This document shows, one piece after another, positions 1 to 13,357 of a DNA stretch of 64,000 nucleotides (position 1 is the first letter of the stretch; each line of letters begins with the position of its first letter). Below the pieces are notes generated by a model that saw only the letters and a list, made by a program, of their open reading frames with translations, searched no databases and had not been told where the DNA came from. The translations under genes and the position numbers were made by a program. Where the stretch lies: NCBI GenBank assembly GCA_964016885.1, contig OZ024744.1:112716001-112780000 (forward strand), in the 5' to 3' direction. The DNA comes from Eledone cirrhosa. Taxonomy: Eukaryota.

Positions 1-180
1 AGCACTCACTGTAAATGAGGTTGGTGTTAGGAAGGGCATCCAGCTGTAGAATTGAAGCCAGAATCAGTTCCTGTATGAGCAAGACAAGGTCAGCCGACCA
101 GACACTGCCCACAACAGGACAACCCGTCTAACCTATGCTAGCATGGAAGAAGGGACATAAAACGGTGATGATGATGATGA
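1..180 (+). mobile_element. 3' UTR/tail of an RTE-type LINE (or related SINE), cut by the window edge
   Basis: Near-identical to 8466-8647; contains AGGAAGGGCATCCAGCTGTAGAA and ends in ATGCTAGCATGGAAG...AAACGG(TGA)n like the RTE tails in this window. Confidence 0.75.
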
Positions 181-300
181 TTAGTAGTAATCTTGTATGC
201 TTATCATGCAAATTAGACTAACCATTTCAGCTATTTTATATACTAGCATATTTTTCAACACACTGATGCATATATGTATATGTGTGTGTGTGTGTGTGTG

Positions 301-335
<35 letters not shown>

Positions 336-794
336 ATATGCATACATTTATATATATGAGTATATAAATATGAACACGCAAACACACACGCACATACCTT
401 CACATAAACACACACATACATTCACACAAACACACACACATACATTTACACGCAGCGTAGCAAATGGAATGCTAGCTGCTGTTTTGCTATAGTTTTTTCA
501 CCATCCTCTTTCTACCTTTTACACACACATACATTGTGTGACAGACGGACAGAATTTATATATAGATTCACTATGATATATAAAGCATTGTTATAGCTGT
601 ATTTCCTGTATATAGAATCATAGGAGTAGTTATTCTCTGATGATCTGACAATGACATCTGAAATGTAGGCATTACAATATCTTCTGAAATTTTTGGAAGT
701 GTTTACACTTCATCATTGTGTTTGCAGCTAACATTTCTTCTATGTAAAGAATGGTAGTTATATCTACCTTAAATTACCCTAAATCTTCATATAT

Positions 795-1086
795 TCTTCT
801 TCTTCTTCTTCTTCTTCTTCTTCTTCTTCTTCTTCTTCTTCTTCTTCTTCTTCTCCCCCTCCCCCTCCTCCTTCTCCACGCACATCCTACTCCACCCTAC
901 CTCCTCCAGATGAGGGGGACTCCTACGCTACTGGCTTTGCTCATAAAATTTCTCATACAATTCTTTCTTTAGACAATCTAATCCCATGTCCATAGTACCG
1001 GAGTTGTGATCTCTCAATATGGAGAAGTAGTGGCTCTACCTGGAGTGACTCAGTGATCTCTGAGGTATACACTTTACCGAGTAACA
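795..1086 (-). mobile_element. Dispersed (GAA)n-tailed repeat, probable retroposon 3' end
   Basis: Reverse complement of ~960-1086 matches ~43657-43810 (GTTACTCG.TAAAGTGTATA...GAGTCACTCC...CTACTTCTCC...GAGAGATCACAACTCCG); both copies end in a G-rich stretch plus (GAA)n. Confidence 0.6.
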
Positions 1087-1839
1087 TTACTCCAGAATCC
1101 CTTTGGAGAAACCCCATTTCAGCTGCTTACATTTGTAATTATATTCTTTTGGTCATTAGCCAAGATTCATAACCATGAATACCAAATTGAAGATAGTAAC
1201 TTTGGCTTTTACACCTACCTCACTTTTTTTGGTGAATAAGTGCTGAAGCTGGTGCATTATATCTGTAAATTAAAGGTGGGAACTGGGAGAGGGCACTTGC
1301 CTTGGTGGTCAGGGTCATTGTGGCCTTTTACTGGGCTTTCTCCACAAATATCCCTCCGAAGTCTCCCCCCTATTGGGGAATTTTTCATTGTTATTTTTTG
1401 TTACATCCTCTGTTTTTGTTTTTTACACGCAGAAATGCCCATTTGTACCGTCCTGTATTGTCCTGCACTGTCCTTAATGTCTACTTTATGTAAACCCTTG
1501 TGGTTAATAAAGAAATCATTATTGCAGCAGTTCCTGCAATTCTTACATTTCATTCAGCCTTATGCTTTCGTCACTCATGAAAACGGCCACAAGCTACTTG
1601 AACTTCTCCAACTGCTTCAGTGTAACTCCAGTCACATGCACAGCTGACTATGCAGGCTTCCTTGATAAGACACGTGTCCTAGTCTTTGCAACACTGATTT
1701 TCATAACAGCCTAGCAACACTTGACAACAAAATCATCTAATGTAAGTTGGAGATCACCCACCGGTGAGTTAGTTATTGTCCTTAATTTCCCACTATCCCA
1801 TAGAGTAGAGAGTGTTCTTCATTTGAGTCAATAACTGAC

Positions 1840-2255
1840 AACCTCTCTAGTACCTGTGCCATGATAAATGCACCTAGTACATCCTGTAAGATGGATGACA
1901 ACAGGAAAAGTATCTTGCTGTAGAAACCATACCAAAAAAGGGTTGGTTGAGATGACCCAACATTTGTGTTAAGAGCAAGACAACCTCTCTAGCGTCGGTG
2001 ATCTACGTAATAAATGCATCCAATTCATGCTGTAAAGTGGTTGCTAATAGGAAGGGCATCCAGGTATAGAAACTCTGCTAAATAAAGGGTTAGGGTGACT
2101 TTTCAGTAGAGTCAAAGACATGACAACCTCCTTAGTGTTAGGGCAGTTGAGTGCAAGAATGTATGAACGCGATATGTTGTTCCCAGTCCCTCTGAGACAT
2201 CAGTAGCCCAGCTTCCAACCCTTGCTAGCAGAGAAAAACGAACGATGATGATTAT
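1840..2255 (+). mobile_element. Degraded RTE/SINE 3' fragments
   Basis: GGAAGGGCATCCAGGTATAGAAAC core (~2050) and CCAACCCTTGCTAGCAG...AACGATGATGAT tail (~2215-2252). Confidence 0.5.
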
Positions 2256-2288
2256 TTTCCATGCTAGCATAATATATATATATATATA

Positions 2289-3150
2289 CGAGGTGTGTCA
2301 GAAAAGTTCCAGGACTGATGTCACAAAATATTTATTTCTAACCCAAACTTCACATTAAGAGTTTTCTCCTTCAAAGTAATCCGCCTGGAGTCTAATACAC
2401 TTTTCCATCCTTTTCTGCCATGCTTGCAAGCACTCCTGGAAGGATTCTTCCGGGATCCTCTGCAGTTCAGTCGTCACGGCCTTTTTGATGTCATCCACGT
2501 CTTCAAAACGGGTCCCCTCCGGGTCATACTTGAAGATCCATGACTCATCACCGGTGATGACTGCCCCTAGCAAGTCTGGTTCAGTTTCAAGACGCTCTAG
2601 GATGTCCTGGCACACTTGCATGCGTCGACCCTTCTGGTCATCGTTCAGCAGTTTTGGCACCATCTTCGCGCAGACTTTCCGCATGTCCAAATCTTCAGTG
2701 AGAATCTTCCAGACACTGTCCCGATTCACCCCCAGCTCATTTGCCATCAGTGGAACAGTCAGCCAAGATCGCTACGCACCATCTGCCCGACGCGCTCAAC
2801 GTTGACCTCAGTCCTAGTTGTTGAGGGCCTTCCGCTCCTGGGGTCATCTTCCACGTCCTCACGTCCTTCTTTAAACCTCTTGCACCACTCAAAAACACGT
2901 GAGCGTGACATCCTCTCATCTCCATACACTTGCTGCAGCAATCCCAGTGCTTCTGACCGTTTTCCCCAACCGTAACAGAAGCTTCAAGTTTGTTCGTTGC
3001 TCTGTGCTCATTGCTTGACGACCTGATACAGAGGACATGTATATAAAATTATGAAGAAAAAAGTTTGATCGCTGCAGAGAGCTAAGATTACAGTTACAAC
3101 CCGCAAAATAACACTTCATATAACAGATTAATGCTATAGACATATGAATC
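2289..3150 (-). mobile_element. Tc1/mariner DNA transposon relic with one TIR
   Basis: TA followed by CGAGGTGTGTCAGAAAAGT (mariner-type terminus) at 2287-2307; transposase fragments inside; second TIR not found. Confidence 0.85.
2355..3011 (-). pseudogene. Mariner transposase, frameshifted and internally deleted
   Basis: MSTEQRTNLK...; HTH region VFEWCKRFKEGREDVEDDPRSGRP; KMVPKLL; ITGDESW; then jumps directly to C-terminal GTRFEDVDDIK...YFEG, so most of the catalytic domain is missing. Confidence 0.9.
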
Positions 3151-3199
3151 GGAATGTTTAAATTATTTATTTTTTACGACTTTAATTGGTTAAATATTA

Positions 3200-3789
3200 T
3201 TATGACAACACCCATAGTGTTGTAGTTCTGGCAATTCTGCCGAATACACTGCCAAGGATGAACCTTTTCCCCTCGGCGTCAGATATCCCGTTCGATTTCC
3301 GGCGATCCCAATTCCCGGTGAGACCATGTTTTGCCATGTCCATTAACAAGTCACAAGGGCAAACATTGTCGGAGGCGGGCATCCATTTGGGGGAGCCATG
3401 TTTCTCCCATGGCTAACTTTATGTTGCCTGTTCCCGCGTACACTCCTCAAGGGATGACACGCAATATCGTCTACAAAGAGGTGCTATAGATGTTGGTACA
3501 GGTGTTGGAGCTATGCCGTCTGGAAAACTATTTTCTGGTAGGGTCACCCATGGCGGACAGATCTGACACCCAGCGGCATCAGGACCACCGTCTGCTAAAT
3601 TCGCTATTGGAAGATTATTAACCCATCATTGATTATCTAAAATGCTAATTGGTTTGTAACTTTTAATAACTGGTTCAACTGCTTTATGCACTTAATTGAT
3701 AAGCTTATTCGCTTTCAAGCCACGTTTACCTGTATGTAACTTTTCATAGCAAATGAACAAACCCGAGCAACGCCGGGTTAAACTGCTAG
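3200..3789 (+). mobile_element. Helitron 3' fragment (PIF1-like helicase C-terminus plus terminal hairpin)
   Basis: FRRSQFPVRPCFAMSINKSQGQTL...CFSHG*LYVACSRV...TRNIVYKEVL* (to 3489); hairpin ACCCGAGCAACGCCGGGT 3761-3778 then CTAG|T at 3786-3790. Confidence 0.9.
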
Positions 3790-3811
3790 TATATATATAT
3801 ATATATATATA

Positions 3812-4091
3812 ATGACCCATCCAGTCATGACTGGCCATGAGATTTCACCTGGAAAGTTCCTAGGCAAGGTTGTTTGTGGAAGACAGTCACCCATGTATAC
3901 CAGTCTCTCCTCTCCATGCCACATGTTGTCCAAACACAGCTTGGCTCCAGTGACATTCTAACTAATTTTTATAGCTGAGTCAACTGGAGTAATATGAAAT
4001 GAAGTGTCTTAATCAAGGACATGATGCATTGCCCAGCCTAGGAATCGACCTCATGACTTTACAATTGTGAGCTCAACACAGTAAACACTAA
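3812..4091 (-). mobile_element. Degraded tRNA-derived SINE
   Basis: Shares AGCTGAGT.AACTGGAG.AAT.TGAAAT.AAGTGTCTT..TCAAGGA and a tRNA-like head with the SINE at 9043-9383. Confidence 0.65.
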
Positions 4092-4754
4092 AAATGAAAG
4101 TTTAATACTTCACAGTGATCCTTAGTTGTCCTAAGTTGAGACTTAAAACTAGAGAAGAATTGAGAATTTCATGTAATTTTCAGGGAGTTTATTTGTCTTG
4201 AACATGTTTGGTGTTGGTGGGAAGTGTGTGGATTTCTTGGGAGCATTTGCTTTTTTTAATCCTAAATACATTTGTTGTGTGTGAATGTGATGTGTGTATG
4301 AATGTGTGTGTATGTTTGTGTGTGTATGTTTGTGTGTATTAGTTTGTGTGTGTTAGTTTGAACAACAAATATTTTTGATAATAAAAAAAATGGTTTAAAT
4401 GTATTTCTGTATATTTGGTTAGTATCTATGAAAGAATGGTAATTTATCTGCTATCTATAGGAATGAGAGTGAGGGGGAAAGCCCATTGTGGAGGATGCAA
4501 TTTGAAGTGTGGCTGAATAGAATCGTTTTTTTTTTGGATGTGTGTGTTGGGTGGGGTGGTCTTAAGTATTTTTTGCTTGAAGCTCAATTAAGGTCATTGA
4601 GAGGTAGTTTGGTTGGTGAAGTAATTTCATCTATGGGGTGACATGTTTTAGTGTGGGAGGCAAGATGTTAGGGGTGGAGTAGTGAGGAGTGTAGGTGTAA
4701 GGGGGAGGCATAGGTGGTTGTGGTTTCTTATAGATGAAGATTGTTACAACTAAA

Positions 4755-5435
<681 letters not shown>

Positions 5436-5496
5436 CATTCCATGCATACATCCAGAATGGATACACGTGCACACACAGAACGCAGCAGGCAGCTTA

Positions 5497-7730
5497 CAGA
5501 TACATGTGGCACATATACATGTATGCACATATACATGTATGCACAGATACATGTATGCACATATACATGTATGCACAGATACATGTATGTACATATACAT
5601 GTATGTACATATACATGTATGCACATATACATGTATGCACATATACATGTATGCACACAGATACATGTATGCACAGATACATGTATGCACAGATACATGT
5701 ATGCACAGATACATGTGGCATATATACATGTATGCACATATACATGTGGCACATATACATGTATGCACATATACACGTATTCACATATACATGTATGCAC
5801 ATATACATGTATGCACATATACACGTATGCACATATACATGTATGCACATATACATGTATGCACAGATACATGTATGCACATATACATGTATGCACATAT
5901 ACATGTATGTACAGATACACGTATGCACATATACATGTTTGCACATATACATGTATGCACATATACACGTATGCACATATACACGTATGCACATATACAT
6001 GTATGCACATATACATGTATGCACATATACACGTATGCACATATACATGTATGCACATATACATGTATGCACATATACATGTATGCACAAATACACGTAT
6101 GCACATATACATGTATGTACATATACATGTATGCACATATACATGTATGCACATATACATGTATGCACATATACATGTATGCACATATACATGTATGTAC
6201 ATATACATGTATGCACATATACATGTATGCACATATACATGTGGCACATATACACGTATGCACATATACATGTATGCACATATACATGTATGCACATATA
6301 CATGTATGCAAATATACATGTATGCATATATACATGTATGCACATATACACGTATGCACATATACATGTGGCACATATACATGTATGCACATATACACGT
6401 ATGCACATATACACGTATGCACATATACATGTATGCACATATACACGTATGCACATATACACGTATGCACAGATACATGTATACACAGATACATGTATGT
6501 ACATATACATGTATGCACAGATACATGTATGCACAGATACATGTATATGTACATATACATGTATGCACATATACATGTATGCACATATACATGCATGTAC
6601 ATATACATGTATGCACATATACATGTATGCACAGATACATGTATGCACAGATACATGTATACACAGATACATGTATGTACATATACATGTATGCACATAT
6701 ACATGTATGCACAGATACATGTATGCACAGATACATGTATGCACATATACATGTATGCACAAATACACGTATGCACATATACATGTATGTACATATACAT
6801 GTATGCACATATACATGTATGCACATATACATGTATGCACATATACATGTATGCACAGATACATGTATACACAGATACATGTATTCACAGATGCATGTGG
6901 CATATATACATGTATGCACATATACATGTGGCACATATACATGTATGCACATATACATGTATGCACATATACATGTATGCACATATACATGTATGCACAT
7001 ATACATGTATGCACAGATACATGTATGCACAGATACACGTATGCACATATACATGTATGCACATATACATGTATGCACATATACATTATGCACATATACA
7101 TGTATGCACATATACATGTATGCACAGATACATGTATGCACAGATACATGTATGCACATATACATGTATGCACATATACATGTGGGACATATACATGTAT
7201 ACACATATACATGTATGCACATATACATGTATGCACATATACATGTATGCACATATACATGTATGCACAGATACATGTATGCACATATACATGTATGCAC
7301 ATATACATGTATGTAAATATACATGTATGCACATATACATGTATGTACATATACATGTATGCACATATACATGTATACACATATACATGTATGCACATAT
7401 ACATGTATGCACATATACATGTATGCACAGATACATGTATGCACATATACATGTATGCACATATACATGTGGCACATATACATGTATGCACATATATATG
7501 TATGCACATATACATGTATGCACATATACATGTATGAACATATACATGTATGCACATATACATGTATGCACAGATACATGTATGCACAGATACATGTGGC
7601 ATATATACATGTATGCACATATACACGTATTCATATATACATGTATGCACATATACATGTATGCACATATACACGTATGTACATGTACATGTGGCACACA
7701 TACATGTATGCACATATACATGTATGCAGA
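5497..7730. repeat. 16-bp minisatellite GCACATATACATGTAT, roughly 140 copies
   Basis: Visible 16-bp period; ORF translations repeat every 16 aa (3 x 16 nt). Confidence 0.95.
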
Positions 7731-7890
7731 TATCTACATAATGTGGCTGTTAATCCATTAGTCTGTCTATATTTGTATGTTAATGTTTTCTATACATGTG
7801 AGTGTATACATGTGAGTGTATACATGTGAGTGTATATTCTGGTCTCGATAACGTTCATCCATAAGAAACCTCTTTGCCCACACCAATCCC

Positions 7891-7893
<3 letters not shown>

Positions 7894-7972
<79 letters not shown>

Positions 7973-7978
7973 TATATA

Positions 7979-8038
<60 letters not shown>

Positions 8039-8056
8039 GTATGTATATATATATAT

Positions 8057-8095
<39 letters not shown>

Positions 8096-8097
8096 CA

Positions 8098-8143
<46 letters not shown>

Positions 8144-8167
8144 GTATGTATATATATATATGTATAA

Positions 8168-8247
<80 letters not shown>

Positions 8248-8269
8248 GCTATATATATATATAAATGTG

Positions 8270-8316
<47 letters not shown>
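7894..8316. repeat. (TA)n microsatellite
   Basis: Directly visible. Confidence 0.95.
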
Positions 8317-8317
<1 letters not shown>

Positions 8318-8647
8318 GACCGTGAAACACGACCGTAACCTCTGGCGTCACGCAGTAATACAGAGTACCCGACCTCCCATGGGTACAAGCTGAAGCATAT
8401 AGACAATATGCCCCCACACCCTCCCACTGCAAAGTGGTCATGTAGGCGCCACGAAAAAAGCACCCAGCACTCACTGTAAATGAGGTTGGTAAAAGGGCAT
8501 CCAGCTGTAGAAATCAAGCCAGAATCAGTTCCTGTATGAGCAAGGCATGGTCAGCCGACCAGACACTGCCCACAACAGGACAACCCGTCTAACCCATGCT
8601 AGTGTGGAAGAACGGACGTAAAACGGTGATGATGATGATGATGATGA
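8318..8647 (+). mobile_element. 5'-truncated RTE LINE 3' end (third subfamily)
   Basis: Encodes [20 protein letters not shown], homologous to DRDLWRYSVTEKTRLT* of the long RTE; followed by the GGCATCCAGCTGTAGAAA UTR and a (GAT)n tail. Confidence 0.75.
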
Positions 8648-8990
8648 TACGATATATTAACAAATAGAAACTATATTTATAAAACCATATTTATTTCATT
8701 ATACATATTTCAAGGACACCAAGTTAAATTATGGTGTGCTTTCATCAGATAAAATATAATATAGAGCAGTTTTATAAATTAATATTGACATACCCTTAAA
8801 GAATGCGACCATTTCTGTTGGAAGCTCCCGGATAGTTTAACTTGGTGCCCTTGAAATATGTATAATGAAATAAATATGGCTTTATAAATATAGTTTCCAT
8901 TTGTTAATATCCTATTTTTACTCCAATTATTTGTTGAGTGTTTTATATCAGTTATAAACATCTTTGCTTGATGTATCCCAACAATTTAAA
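8648..8990 (-). mobile_element. Terminal fragment of the Penelope-like element at 36250-39992, with an inverted partial duplicate
   Basis: 8648-8836 is the reverse complement of ~39811-39995; 8836-8910 repeats part of it on the + strand. Confidence 0.8.
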
Positions 8991-9042
8991 TAGAACTTCT
9001 ACATATATATATATATATATATATGCATATATATATATATAT

Positions 9043-9383
9043 TCATCATCATCATTTCATTTTACGTCCACTTTTTCCCTGCTTGCAAGGTTGGGACGGG
9101 AACTGATTCTGGCTTGATTTCTACAGCTGGATGCCCTTCCTAACACCAACCTCATTTACAGTGAGTGCTGGGTACTTTTTTTCCGTGGCACCTCCACGAC
9201 CACTTTGTAGTGGAATGATAGAGACCCCAGTCCCTATCATCTCATTTCTACAGCTGAGTAAACTGGAGCAATGTGAAATAAAGTGTCTTGCTCAAGGAAA
9301 CAACACATCACCCGGTCTGAGAATTGAACTCACAACCTTTCGATTGCAAGGCCAATGCTCTAACCACTAAGCCATGTGCCTCC
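9043..9383 (-). mobile_element. Full-length tRNA-derived SINE with RTE-derived tail
   Basis: Minus-strand head GGAGGCACATGGCTTAGTGG (A box)...GAGTTCAATTC (B box); central GTTGTTTCCTTGAGCAAGACACTT; tail CCCGTCCCAACCTTGCAAGCAGGGAAAAAGTGGACGTAAAATG matches the RTE end at 31127-31202. Confidence 0.85.
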
Positions 9384-9485
9384 ATATACATATATATATA
9401 TATATGCATATATATATATATACACATATATATATTTATATATATATATATGCATATATATATATATATATGCAAATATATATAT

Positions 9486-9524
<39 letters not shown>

Positions 9525-9535
9525 AATATATATAT

Positions 9536-9566
<31 letters not shown>

Positions 9567-9568
<2 letters not shown>

Positions 9569-9757
9569 GGAACCAGTAAGACCCCGACAGCTGAGCTCAA
9601 GCCGTTTCGACGGCTAATTCTGGACTGAATTAGCCGTCGAAACGGCTTGAGCTCAGCTGTCGGGGTCTTACTGGTTCCTATTACCCACTCTACTACCTCA
9701 AGTATTGAGTACTTTGGTGCGTTATGGTCCACCTGGTTCCTTACCACATTTCCTTCG

Positions 9758-9760
<3 letters not shown>
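9567..9760 (+). repeat. Short dispersed element preceded by a 54-bp inverted duplication (perfect palindrome 9567-9680); partial copies at ~10650-10705 and ~13005-13121
   Basis: Arms 9567-9620 and 9627-9680 are exact reverse complements around loop TGGACT; flanked by (TA)n. Confidence 0.85.
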
Positions 9761-9835
<75 letters not shown>

Positions 9836-9837
<2 letters not shown>

Positions 9838-10350
9838 AGTAGGCAGACCCAGAAAAACCTGGGATGATTTGATAAATTCCGACCTCACACACTTACACCT
9901 CTCCAAGACAATGTCACTCGACCGTAGTAATACAGAAGACCCGCCTTGCCTAAGTACAAAGCGAAACCTACAGTCAGTAGGCACCTCTTAAACAAAATAC
10001 ACCCACGTCCCACTACCCCCAACCTCACCCCCATCAACACCACCCCTTTCTCTGTAAAGTTATGTTGGTACCACAACATCCAGTCCTAAATAAATGAGGT
10101 CGTGTAGGTGTCACAACAACAAAACACAACACAGTCCACGCTGTAATGTGGCCGTGTAGGTAACACGGTAAAAACCTCCCAGTCCCACACTGTAAACGTG
10201 GTTGGTGCTAGGAAGGGCATCCAGCCATAGAAAACCCGTCAGACAGTCCTATGCGAGCAAGACAACCAATCTTGCCTCAAGTGGGAAAACTCCCATCCAA
10301 ACCCATGCTAGCGTGGAACATGGACGTTAAACGATGACGATGATGATGAT
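9836..10350 (+). mobile_element. 5'-truncated copy of the RTE family at 13358-17831
   Basis: GVGRPRKTWDDLINSDLTHLHLSKTMSLDR plus the same ~390-bp 3' UTR and (GAT)n tail. Confidence 0.9.
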
Positions 10351-10417
10351 ATGTATATATATATATATAATATATATACATATGTATATATATATATGTA
10401 TATACATATACATATAC

Positions 10418-10500
<83 letters not shown>

Positions 10501-10707
10501 TGTGTATATATATATATATATTTATAATTGTATATATATATATATATAAGTATAAATATTATTATTATTACTATACATATATATATATATATGTATGTAT
10601 GTATTATTACTATATATATATGTATGTACTATATATATATATGTATTTAGTCCAGAAATAGCCGTCGAAACGGCTTGAGCTCTGCCGTCGGGGTCATACT
10701 TTCTCCT

Positions 10708-10743
<36 letters not shown>

Positions 10744-11239
10744 ATGTGTGTCCGTGCCTGTGTGTGTGAGTGTGTGTACATATACATGTGCCTGATTGGA
10801 GTGTGTGTGTGTGGTGTGTGTGTGTGGTGTGTGTGTGTGGTGTGTGTGCTCAGTGAAGGTATGAATATATTTATCAACACACATACTACGTGTATGCGTG
10901 TATTCATCAGTCTACATATGTGTATATATGTTGTTTGGTTTTCTATGCATGTGTGTGTATGTGTGAATATATTCTAGTCTTAATAAGGTTTATCTCTTAT
11001 AACCATTACCACTGCTGCTGTCACCCCCCCACCATTGCTGCTGTTACCCCCCCCCCCCCCCCACACTACCTGTTCCTCCCCCTCCTACCCATTACCACTC
11101 ACACTTCATCTCTTCCAGTTCAATTTTATGTTTCCCTAAACAACAAAACCCTAACTTCTCCCTAGAGGAAATCACTCTAATATCCAATCTACCTTTCCAC
11201 TACAAGTCACACAATAACCCCCTAATTGAGCTTCAACCA

Positions 11240-11240
11240 A

Positions 11241-11307
<67 letters not shown>

Positions 11308-11515
11308 ATAGTAATAATAGCAACAACAATAACAACAAGTAAATAAATAAATAAATAAATAAACAAACAAATAAATAAATAGTAATAATAGCAACAACAA
11401 TAACAAGTAAATAAATAAATAAATAAATAAATAAATAGTAATAATAGCAACAACAATAACAAGTAAATAAATAAATAAATAAATAAATAGTAATAATAGC
11501 AACAACAATAACAAG

Positions 11516-11558
<43 letters not shown>

Positions 11559-11658
11559 ATAGTAATAATAGCAACAACAATAACAACAAGTAAATAAATA
11601 AATAAATAAATAAACAAACAAATAAATAAATAGTAATAATAGCAACAACAATAACAAG

Positions 11659-11697
<39 letters not shown>

Positions 11698-11726
11698 ATA
11701 GTAATAATAGCAACAACAATAACAAG

Positions 11727-11757
<31 letters not shown>

Positions 11758-11786
11758 ATAGTAATAATAGCAACAACAATAACAAG

Positions 11787-11825
<39 letters not shown>

Positions 11826-11854
11826 ATAGTAATAATAGCAACAACAATAACAAG

Positions 11855-11889
<35 letters not shown>

Positions 11890-12057
11890 ATAGTAATAAT
11901 AGCAACAACAATAACAAGTAAATAAATAAATAAATAAATAAATAAACAAACAAATAAATAGTAATAATAGCAACAACAATAACAACAAGTAAATAAATAT
12001 ATAAATAAATAAACAAACAAATAAATAAATAGTAATAATAGCAACAACAACAACAAG

Positions 12058-12096
<39 letters not shown>

Positions 12097-12144
12097 ACAA
12101 ACAAATAAATAAATAGTAATAATAGCAACAACAACAACAACAAG

Positions 12145-12175
<31 letters not shown>

Positions 12176-12247
12176 ACAAACAAATAAATAAATAGTAATA
12201 ATAGCAACAACAATAACAACAAGTAAATAAATAAATAAATAAATAAA
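11240..12247. repeat. Compound minisatellite: constant AGTAATAATAGCAACAACAATAACAAGT module separated by variable (AAAT)n
   Basis: Directly visible, roughly 15 modules. Confidence 0.9.
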
Positions 12248-12759
12248 AACCTATCTAGCCACACCTTAAAACCCATCTCTCATAATGTGAATTATTGGGA
12301 TTCTCATTCCTATAAATAGCAGGTAAATTACCATTCTTAGATAAATACTGACAAAAGTAAATGAATAAATAAAAACAAAAAAAAAACAAATAAAAAAATA
12401 AAATGCACATAGATCATGTTTTTTTTTATTACCAAAATATCTATTATCCAAACTAACAAATACACCCCCTGCTCCACCACAAACATACATAAAAAAAACC
12501 AAAAAAAAAAACCCAGCTGCATTAAGAAATAATTTGTCTGAAAATACCCTCTCCTAGGATGAAATCTCTGATGAAAATCAGGGTATTGAACCTTTTAAAT
12601 ACTGCAATAAATCTTTACTCTATAAACATGCAGTAATATAAAGTGTACACTTATTACTTGGACAGAAAGGGAGTCAAATGCAACGTGTAAAAGATGTCTG
12701 CTGTGGTATAGATATATGATGCATATGGAAGATATATTGTTTGGTGAAAAAGGACTTGG

Positions 12760-13252
12760 AGATTCCAGTGGAAGGAAGCTGCAGTTACGGAAGATCTGGG
12801 CAAAATGGTTAGGGATGATCTTCAAACACAGAACCTCCCTGAGGAGATGATGAAGGAATATGAGCAAAGGAAAGCTGTCCCAGAAAAGACTTGTCTAACC
12901 CATACTAGCATTGAAAAACATAAAATGGTATGATGTTTATATATAAAATAGCACAAAGTCAGTATCTGGGTGGTAAGGGGTTCGATCCCCATATATATAT
13001 ATATGGCTTGAGCTCAGCCGTCGGGGTCTTACTGGTTCCCATTACCCACTCTACTACCCTAAGTATTGAGTACTTTTGGTGCGTTATGGTCCACCTGGTT
13101 CCTTACCACATTTCCTTTGTTATATATACATATATATATATATATATAGACCCTTTGTGCTATTTTATATATAAACATCATACCATTTTATGTTTTTCAA
13201 TGCTAGTATGGGTTAGACAAGTCTTTTCTGGGACAGATTTCCTTTGCTCATA
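12760..13252. mobile_element. Old RTE 3' fragment whose last ~100 bp (12858-12958) are duplicated in inverted orientation at 13152-13252
   Basis: ATATGAGCAAAGGAAA.CTGTCCCAGAAAAGACTTGTCTAACCCATACTAGC...TAGCACAAAG and its reverse complement. Confidence 0.75.
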
Positions 13253-13276
13253 TATATATATATATATATTCTTTTG

Positions 13277-13314
<38 letters not shown>

Positions 13315-13357
13315 TATGTACACGTACATACATATATGTATACAGACGTACAGTAGT

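Noticed and set aside
243-566. Possible small minus-strand Helitron (ATCTATATATAAATTCTGTCCGTCTGTC start, CTAG at 243)
   Set aside because: No convincing subterminal hairpin near the CTAG
631-706. CTGATGA...GAAA hammerhead-like motif
   Set aside because: Stem II does not pair and stem I has a mismatch; may be a decayed relic but is not supportable
1240-1647. 135 aa ORF
   Set aside because: No recognisable motif, non-ATG start, lies among degraded repeats
9310-9383. tRNA gene
   Set aside because: A/B boxes are present but it continues into a SINE body and LINE-type tail; it is a SINE head
11172-12276. Hydrophobic ~300 aa ORFs and a CRISPR-like repeat/spacer look
   Set aside because: (TTTA)n translation; spacers are simple repeats, no cas genes, eukaryotic context
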